Assembly: GCF_008065095.1 (NCBI RefSeq)
Contig: NZ_CP042911.1
Span: forward strand, 420,001-452,000
Source: Gemmata obscuriglobus
GTDB lineage: Bacteria; Planctomycetota; Planctomycetia; Gemmatales; Gemmataceae
Length of the DNA: 32,000 bases
Direction: 5' to 3'
In this document: piece by piece, positions 26,187 through 32,000 of the stretch
How the letters are laid out: each line of letters opens with the position of its first letter
Numbering within the stretch: position 1 is the stretch's first letter
Program-made: the position numbers and the translations under genes
Notes under the pieces: generated by a model
The model's input: the letters and a program-made list of their open reading frames with translations, nothing else
Databases searched by the model: none
Told to the model about the DNA's origin: nothing

Positions 26187-29100
26187 ATGCCGTTCGAGAA
26201 GGTCGAGTCGTCCGTCGATTTCCCCGCGCTGGAACGCTCCATTCTGAAGTTCTGGGACGAGAACGGCATTTTCGCAAAGCGCAAAGCGATCAACGCCGGC
26301 AAGCCGAAGTGGAGCTTCCTGGACGGCCCGATCACCGCGAACAACCCGATGGGCGTTCACCACGCCTGGGGCCGCACCTACAAGGACGTGTACAACCGCT
26401 ATTTCGCCATGACCGGGCACGACCTCCGCTACCAGCAGGGGTTCGACTGCCAGGGCCTGTGGGTGGAGGTCGAGGTCGAGAAAGAGCTGAAGCTCAAGAG
26501 CAAGCGCGACATCGAGAACCTCGTTCCGGGCGACAAGGAAGCGAGCATCGACCGGTTCGTGCAGGCCTGCAAGGACCGCGTGAACAAGTTCGCGCGCGTG
26601 CAGACGGACCAGAGCATCCGGCTCGGGTACTGGATGAACTGGGACCGCACCGACGCCGACTGGGCCAAGAAGCCGGACGACCGCCACTCGTACTTCACGA
26701 TGAGTGAGGTGAACAACTACACGATCTGGTCGTTCCTGAAGAAGTGCCACCACAAGGGGCTCATCAACCGCGGCTACGACGTGATGCCGTGGTGCGGGCG
26801 GTGCGGCGTGGGCATCTCCGAGCAGGAGATGAAAGAGGGCTACAAGCTCGTCGAGCACCGTGCGTGCTTCGTGAAGTTCCCGCTGAAGGCTCGTGAGAAG
26901 GAAAACCTGCTCGTGTGGACCACGACCCCGTGGACGCTCACGAGCAACGTGGGCGCCGCCATCAACCCCGAACTCACCTACCTCAAGGTGAAGGTGAAGG
27001 ACGAGGTTTATTACGTCGCGAAGGGCGCGTTCAAGCTGAACCGGATGGAGGGGAGCGGGGGCGGCGAGGCCGACGCCGACGAGGGCGAAGCGGGGAGCAA
27101 GGGTAAGCGCCCGTGGCTCAAGGAGGTGCCGAACCTCGTCACCATCGAGCAGCACTTCAAGGTGAAGGCCGGTAAGGGCGAGACCTACGAAGTCGTCGGC
27201 GAGGTGAAGGGCGCGGAACTGATGGACCTGGAGTACGTCGGGCCGTTCGACGACCTCCCGGCGCAGAACCACGAGTACGGCTTCCCGGAGGACGTGGCGA
27301 AGGTCACGAAGCAGAGCGGCCACTGGCCCGCGAAGACCGCCGCGCAGTCGCACAAGGTGGTGAGCGGCGGGAAGGACGTGACCGAAACCGAGGGTACGGG
27401 CATCGTACACACCGCGCCGGGGTGCGGTGCGATCGACTACCAGTGGGGCAAGCAGAACGGGCTGCCCCCCGTGGCGCCGATCGGCGACGACGGCATCTTC
27501 GTTGAAGGCTTCGGGCCGCTCGTGGGCAAGAACGCCGTCGATCCCGCTACCGCCGACGCGGTGTTCGAGCAGCTCAAGGCGAAAGACTGCCTGTTCGCCG
27601 TGGAGCGCTACGTCCACCGCTATCCGCACTGCTGGCGGTGCAAGACGGAACTGTTGTACCGGCTCGTGGACGAGTGGTTCATCGACATGGGGCCGCAGCA
27701 CACGGAAGAGGGCTTCCGCGGCGACATCATGAAGGTGGTGAACCAGGTCGAGTTTCTACCGGAGAGCATCAACGGGAAGGCCCGCGAGCGCGACTGGCTC
27801 TGGAACATGGGCTCGTGGATGATCTCCAAGAAGCGCTACTGGGGGCTCGCGCTGCCGGTCTGGGTGAACGACAACGACCCGACCGACTTCGAGGTGATCG
27901 GCAGTTACGAGGAGCTGAAGTCTCGCGCCGTTGAGGGATGGTCCGAGTTCGAGGGCCACACCCCGCACCGGCCGTGGATCGACAAGGTGAAGATCGAGAG
28001 TGCGAAGCACCTGGGGCAACGCATGAGCCGCGTGCCGGACGTGGGTAACCCGTGGCTCGATGCGGGCATCGTCGCGTTCTCCACGATGCCAAAAGAGTGG
28101 TACCCGGCCGACTTCATCACCGAGAGCTTCCCGGGCCAGTTCCGCAACTGGTTTTACGCGCTCCTGGCGATGTCCACGATGATGAGCGACGGCAAGCCGC
28201 CGTTCAAAACGCTCCTCGGGCACGGGTTGGTGCGCGACCAGTTCGGGCACGAGATGCACAAGACGGCGGGCAACTCGATCGAGTTCCGGTCGGCCGCGGA
28301 CGAGGGCGGCCAGATCGTGAACCCGAAGGGCGGCACGCTCCCGTTCAGCGCCATCGGGGCGGACGTGATGCGGTGGCTGTACTGCCGCCAGAACCCGGCG
28401 CTCAACCTGAACTTCGGGCCGGAGCCGGCGAACGACGTGCGCTCCCGGGTGTTCTTCAAGTTGTGGAACACCTACGCGATGTTCTGCAACTACGCAATCG
28501 GCGACGGGTTCGATCCCGCCGCGCCCGCGGTGCCGGTGAGCGAGCGCCCCGACATCGACCGGTGGCTGCTCTCGAACCTGCAATCGCTCATCGCGACTGC
28601 GCACGAAGCGTACTCCAAGTACGACGTGATGACGTTCGCGCTCAAGGCCGAGGAGTTCATCGAAGGCGATTTGTCGAACTGGTACGTTCGTCGCAACAAG
28701 GATCGACTGCACAGCAAGAACGCCGACCTGGACGCCGCGGGGCTCAAGGACAAGCAGGCGGCGTACCAGTCGCTGTACACGACGCTCACGACGCTTTGCA
28801 AGCTGCTGGCGCCGTGCGTGCCGTTCATCACCGAGGTGATGTGGCAGAACCTGCGGCTGCCCGCGGACTCCGAGAGCGTTCACCTGTGCGACCTCCCGAA
28901 CGCAGACAGGACGCTTATCGATGCACAGCTATCCGAAGACATGGCGGCCGTTCAGCGGGTGATCTCGCTGGGCCTCGCGTCGCGCCAGCAGGCGAAGCTC
29001 AACGTGCGCCAGCCGCTCGCGGAACTGGTCGTGTCGGCCGAAGCAGACGCTGAGAAGCGGGCCACCGAGCGGTTCCGCGACTTGATCCTCGACGAGCTGA

Positions 29101-29669
29101 ACGTGAAGGCGGTGCGCCTGCACGACGCCGGTGCCGGACCGCTGCTCGTCGGTTCCGCGAAGCTGAACCAGAAGGTCGCCGGGAGCAAACTCGGGGCAAA
29201 CCTCAAGGCCGCTCAGGCCGAATTGGCCGCGATGGATTCGGCTAAACTCGCGAGCGATCTGGGCAAGGGGCCGGTTACGGTTGCGGGTGTGGAGCTGGTT
29301 GCGGCCGACTTCAACATCGAGCACGCCGGGCAACCGGGCTGGGCCGGGGTCGCGGACCGCGGCGTCCAGGTTGCCGTCAGCACGACCGTGACCGAGGCCC
29401 TGAAGCTGGAAGGGCTGGCGCGCGACGTGATCCGTCAGGTGCAGAACGCCCGCAAAGACGCGAAGCTCGATCTGCTCGACAAGATCGAGCTGCACCTGAC
29501 CGCGAGCACGCCGGAACTGACGAAGGCGATCGCTGAGCACGGCCCGAACATCGCCACCGCCGTTCAGGCCACACAGTGGCGCGCGGAGCCGCTCGCGGGC
29601 ACCGGTGTTCACAACGCGACCGCGAAGATTGACGGTCAGCCGCTCACGATCGCGTTGCGGAAGGTGTGA
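26187..29669 (+). CDS. ileS: isoleucine--tRNA ligase, type 2 (long form)
   Basis: The N-terminus is MPFEKVESSVDFPALERSILKFWDENGIF. The HIGH-region reads GPITANNPMGVHHAWGRTYKD. The CP1 editing motif is TEGTGIVHTAPGCGAIDY. The Cys clusters are MPWCGRCGV and YPHCWRCKTELLYRLVDEWFI. The KMSKS position reads GHEMHKTAGNSI. 1160 aa. Confidence 0.85.
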   Translation: MPFEKVESSVDFPALERSILKFWDENGIFAKRKAINAGKPKWSFLDGPITANNPMGVHHAWGRTYKDVYNRYFAMTGHDLRYQQGFDCQGLWVEVEVEKELKLKSKRDIENLVPGDKEASIDRFVQACKDRVNKFARVQTDQSIRLGYWMNWDRTDADWAKKPDDRHSYFTMSEVNNYTIWSFLKKCHHKGLINRGYDVMPWCGRCGVGISEQEMKEGYKLVEHRACFVKFPLKAREKENLLVWTTTPWTLTSNVGAAINPELTYLKVKVKDEVYYVAKGAFKLNRMEGSGGGEADADEGEAGSKGKRPWLKEVPNLVTIEQHFKVKAGKGETYEVVGEVKGAELMDLEYVGPFDDLPAQNHEYGFPEDVAKVTKQSGHWPAKTAAQSHKVVSGGKDVTETEGTGIVHTAPGCGAIDYQWGKQNGLPPVAPIGDDGIFVEGFGPLVGKNAVDPATADAVFEQLKAKDCLFAVERYVHRYPHCWRCKTELLYRLVDEWFIDMGPQHTEEGFRGDIMKVVNQVEFLPESINGKARERDWLWNMGSWMISKKRYWGLALPVWVNDNDPTDFEVIGSYEELKSRAVEGWSEFEGHTPHRPWIDKVKIESAKHLGQRMSRVPDVGNPWLDAGIVAFSTMPKEWYPADFITESFPGQFRNWFYALLAMSTMMSDGKPPFKTLLGHGLVRDQFGHEMHKTAGNSIEFRSAADEGGQIVNPKGGTLPFSAIGADVMRWLYCRQNPALNLNFGPEPANDVRSRVFFKLWNTYAMFCNYAIGDGFDPAAPAVPVSERPDIDRWLLSNLQSLIATAHEAYSKYDVMTFALKAEEFIEGDLSNWYVRRNKDRLHSKNADLDAAGLKDKQAAYQSLYTTLTTLCKLLAPCVPFITEVMWQNLRLPADSESVHLCDLPNADRTLIDAQLSEDMAAVQRVISLGLASRQQAKLNVRQPLAELVVSAEADAEKRATERFRDLILDELNVKAVRLHDAGAGPLLVGSAKLNQKVAGSKLGANLKAAQAELAAMDSAKLASDLGKGPVTVAGVELVAADFNIEHAGQPGWAGVADRGVQVAVSTTVTEALKLEGLARDVIRQVQNARKDAKLDLLDKIELHLTASTPELTKAIAEHGPNIATAVQATQWRAEPLAGTGVHNATAKIDGQPLTIALRKV

Positions 29670-29716
29670 TACCGAATCTGGTTGAAGAATAACCGCTCGG
29701 CAAGGGCGTAGATTAC

Positions 29717-29780
29717 AACCGCCGGCTGACACCGGCGGTTCGACCGTGGCTCGTCGAACCGCCGGTGTCAGCCGGCGGGT
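29717..29780. repeat. nested palindrome / strong stem-loop between convergent genes (possible bidirectional terminator or repeat element)
   Basis: Arm AACCGCCGGCTGACACCGGCGGTTCGAC (29717-29744) pairs with 29753-29780 at 27 of 28 positions, 26 of them contiguous, across the 8-nt loop CGTGGCTC. Each arm is itself a hairpin (AACCGCCGG/CCGGCGGTT, 9 bp). Confidence 0.8.
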
Positions 29781-29930
29781 GGCGCTCCCAATTACCGGTA
29801 CTCTTCAATCGGACTTGGTGTGAAGCCTGCTGGCGCTTGGACCGTAGGCGTTACTATCGCCTGGGTTCTTGATTGATCTCGTTCGAGTACCGCATCATTC
29901 ATCGTGGTATTCGAACCGGGGGTGCTCCCA

Positions 29931-31955
29931 CTAACGGAGCGAGTCCAGGATCTCCATCCGCATCGCGGACAGCGCGGGCACTAGCCCGCCGAGCCGCCCC
30001 ATCACCAGTGTGAACAACATTCCGGTCGCGAGGATGGGGACGTCCACTTGCATGGTGAGGGTCACGCTCTTCCCGCCCCCCTGGCCACCGGACAGCGTGC
30101 TGGCGGCCTCGAACCCGTTCGCGAACAGCCCCAACAGGCAGCCCAGGAGCCCGCCCGCGAACGCGATCGCCAGCGACTCGATCATGAACGAAATGAGGAT
30201 CTGCCAGCGCTTGAACCCGAGGATGCGCAGCACCCCCACCTCCTTGATGCGGGCGGCGATCGAGGCGAACATGGTGTTCATCACCCCGAAGATGCCCCCC
30301 ACCGCCATGATGACCGCCATCATCACGATCGCGGTGAGGAACTGCTCGTTGGTCTTCGTCAGCTCCTTGTAGTAGTCGGGCTCCGAGAACGCCTTGAGCT
30401 TGGCCTGGTCGTACACCTCGTTCAGGAAGTAGGCCATCGCTCGGGCCGAGGCGGCGGAGTCGTCGGCCATCCGGAGCACGAGCGTGGTGTACTTGTCCCC
30501 CTTACCGGTGGCGCGCACGACGGGGTTCTCGATACCGGCCCACACCTCTGACCCGTAGGTGGTGCCGCGGGTGCGCATCAGCCCGACCACCTTCCACCAG
30601 CGGTCGCCCAACTCGAACGTGTCGCCCACCGCGAGGCGCGCCTTGCCCGCGTCCTCGCCGAGCGTGGCCGCGGCGCCCTCGCCGATGCAGCACTGGAGGT
30701 ACTCGCGCCCGTCCGGCGCCTTCGACCCGGGCTCCACGCCCGTCCCGGAGACCCACTGGCCGCCCGGCTCCAGGTCGATGTTGTGAACGGCGCCGCCGAG
30801 CCGCACGTCCTGAAAGGCCCGCATCTGCACGAACCGCCGCTTCGGCGTTTCGCCCGGCTTGGGCGGGATCGCCTGGTTCATCACGATGTACGATTCGTAG
30901 CTGTGCAGGTACGTGGCCCCCGGCAGGTCGCGCGGGGCGTCCGCCGGTAACCGGTCGAACGCTCCGCTCGGGCCGAACGTGCCGCGGGCGACGCCGACGC
31001 CCTTACCGCCGCCGATCGGCCGCCCCTTTTCGTCGGCCGTCAGGTTGGTGCGCATGGCGTTGTCGATCTCGCCGCCGCGCGCGAGGTTGCTGAACAACTC
31101 GTCCGTGGACCCCTCGGACATCACCAGCACGTTCCCGGGCACGCCCGTGGTCTCGTTCAGCTTGTACATCCCGTTGACGAACGCCAGCAGCACGACCACG
31201 AGCGCGACCACGACCGTAAAGGCCACCGCGGTGAGCGCGGTGTCCCGGCGGCGCACCCACAGGTAGCGGAAGTTGTACGCCAGCGGCACCTTGCCGATGA
31301 GCAACAGCAGGAGCAGGTCGGTGCCGTACACGACGAGCAGGACGAACGGCCACTGCTCGACCAGGGCGAGCGGCAGCAGCTTCCACAGCGGCACGCCCAG
31401 CACTGGGGCGAGGCGCGGGTTTCGGAGCAGTTGGAGCTTCGGGGACTTCGGGGCGCGCTCCTCCAACTCGGCTTCGGTCTCGGCCAGTTTGTCGCTCGCG
31501 TCCTTTTTGTCGCGCGGGTTAAGGTTCTGGCGGTTCGCCGCCTGTTGCAGCGACCGCACCTTGTCGAGCAGTTCGGGCGTGGTGAGCCACGTTTTGCCCT
31601 CGGGCAGTTCGGCCGGTTGCGGGTCGTCCGGGACGAAGTCCGTGACCGCGAAGCCGAGCACCTTCTTCGCCAGCGTGCCCATTTGCCCCCCGGCCGGCAG
31701 CGGGAGGCGGGACACCACCTCAATGGCGAACGCCGTGAGCGCGATCAGCACCACGAACCCCGCGCCCAGCGCGAACGCGCGCCGGAAGGTGCGCGCGAGC
31801 CGGGACCGCGCCGGACGAATGGAGTCGGTGAGCACGGCCTCGTTGGGCGCCACGGCGGGCAATGCGATCAGCAGCGCCGAGAGCGGCAGCAGCGAGAACC
31901 CGATAACGAACAGGGTTCCGACGAGGCTGAAAATGGTACGAAAGAACCGGGCCAA
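29931..31955 (-). CDS. FtsX/MacB-type ABC transporter permease with long N-terminal membrane extension
   Basis: The C-terminal FtsX domain reads FLTAIVMMAVIMAVGGIFGVMNTMFASIAARIKEVGVLRILGFKRWQILISFMIESLAIAFAGGLLGCLLG...VPALSAMRMEILDSL. A central periplasmic-type domain precedes it. The N-terminal roughly 230 aa carry extra TM helices and a charged KDASDKLAETEAELEER linker. The reading frame stays open to the right window edge, so the TTG start at 31955 is provisional. Confidence 0.8.
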   Translation of the reverse strand: MARFFRTIFSLVGTLFVIGFSLLPLSALLIALPAVAPNEAVLTDSIRPARSRLARTFRRAFALGAGFVVLIALTAFAIEVVSRLPLPAGGQMGTLAKKVLGFAVTDFVPDDPQPAELPEGKTWLTTPELLDKVRSLQQAANRQNLNPRDKKDASDKLAETEAELEERAPKSPKLQLLRNPRLAPVLGVPLWKLLPLALVEQWPFVLLVVYGTDLLLLLLIGKVPLAYNFRYLWVRRRDTALTAVAFTVVVALVVVLLAFVNGMYKLNETTGVPGNVLVMSEGSTDELFSNLARGGEIDNAMRTNLTADEKGRPIGGGKGVGVARGTFGPSGAFDRLPADAPRDLPGATYLHSYESYIVMNQAIPPKPGETPKRRFVQMRAFQDVRLGGAVHNIDLEPGGQWVSGTGVEPGSKAPDGREYLQCCIGEGAAATLGEDAGKARLAVGDTFELGDRWWKVVGLMRTRGTTYGSEVWAGIENPVVRATGKGDKYTTLVLRMADDSAASARAMAYFLNEVYDQAKLKAFSEPDYYKELTKTNEQFLTAIVMMAVIMAVGGIFGVMNTMFASIAARIKEVGVLRILGFKRWQILISFMIESLAIAFAGGLLGCLLGLFANGFEAASTLSGGQGGGKSVTLTMQVDVPILATGMLFTLVMGRLGGLVPALSAMRMEILDSLR

Positions 31956-32000
31956 CGTTTTTACCAGCCGCCGGCCGAAACCATCGCCGCCCCGGTCGAG

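Noticed and set aside
29895-29930. tRNA-like T-loop string (GGTATTCGAACCGGGGG)
   Set aside because: The flanking bases do not form a T-stem. No acceptor or anticodon arms can be drawn on either strand.

Overview
This is a GC-rich bacterial chromosomal segment. Its protein repertoire looks Planctomycetota/Gemmata-like: DUF4058, a fused membrane/spermidine-synthase-like protein, GTWK-repeat secreted proteins and Pro/Ala/Lys low-complexity tails. That placement is inference only. Most long ORFs in the six-frame track are Arg/Pro/Gly-rich shadow frames of about 22 real genes.

Housekeeping genes recognised: infC, leuC, ileS (type 2), bcp-type peroxiredoxin, a carbon-nitrogen hydrolase, a SAM methyltransferase, an FtsX-type ABC permease, and a partial Ser/Thr kinase at the left edge that is absent from the track.

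Mobile and decaying DNA:
- An intact ISAs1-family IS (2581-3888) has perfect 21-bp inverted repeats and a perfect 9-bp target duplication. It splits a small membrane-protein gene.
- A second, diverged ISAs1-family copy (16172-17401) has a transposase frameshifted at a C6 run. It sits immediately downstream of infC.
- A ParE/RelE-like toxin-antitoxin pair lies downstream of leuC. The toxin carries an in-frame TGA at codon 7 and is not in the track.

Two convergent intergenic gaps are filled by strong palindromic elements: a 37-bp perfect inverted repeat nested in a REP/MITE-like composite, and a 26-bp-stem nested palindrome.

Candidates for uncharacterised biology:
- A mirrored pair of membrane-anchored P-loop GTPases with non-canonical G4 motifs, one of them DUF697-like.
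- An 869-aa cytoplasmic vWA/MIDAS protein with a histone-H1/AlgP-like tail.
- A 1200-aa polytopic-membrane plus TPR-like protein, apparently in an operon with the CN-hydrolase.

No CRISPR array, rRNA or tRNA was found. All functional calls rest on motif recognition by eye; no searches were run.
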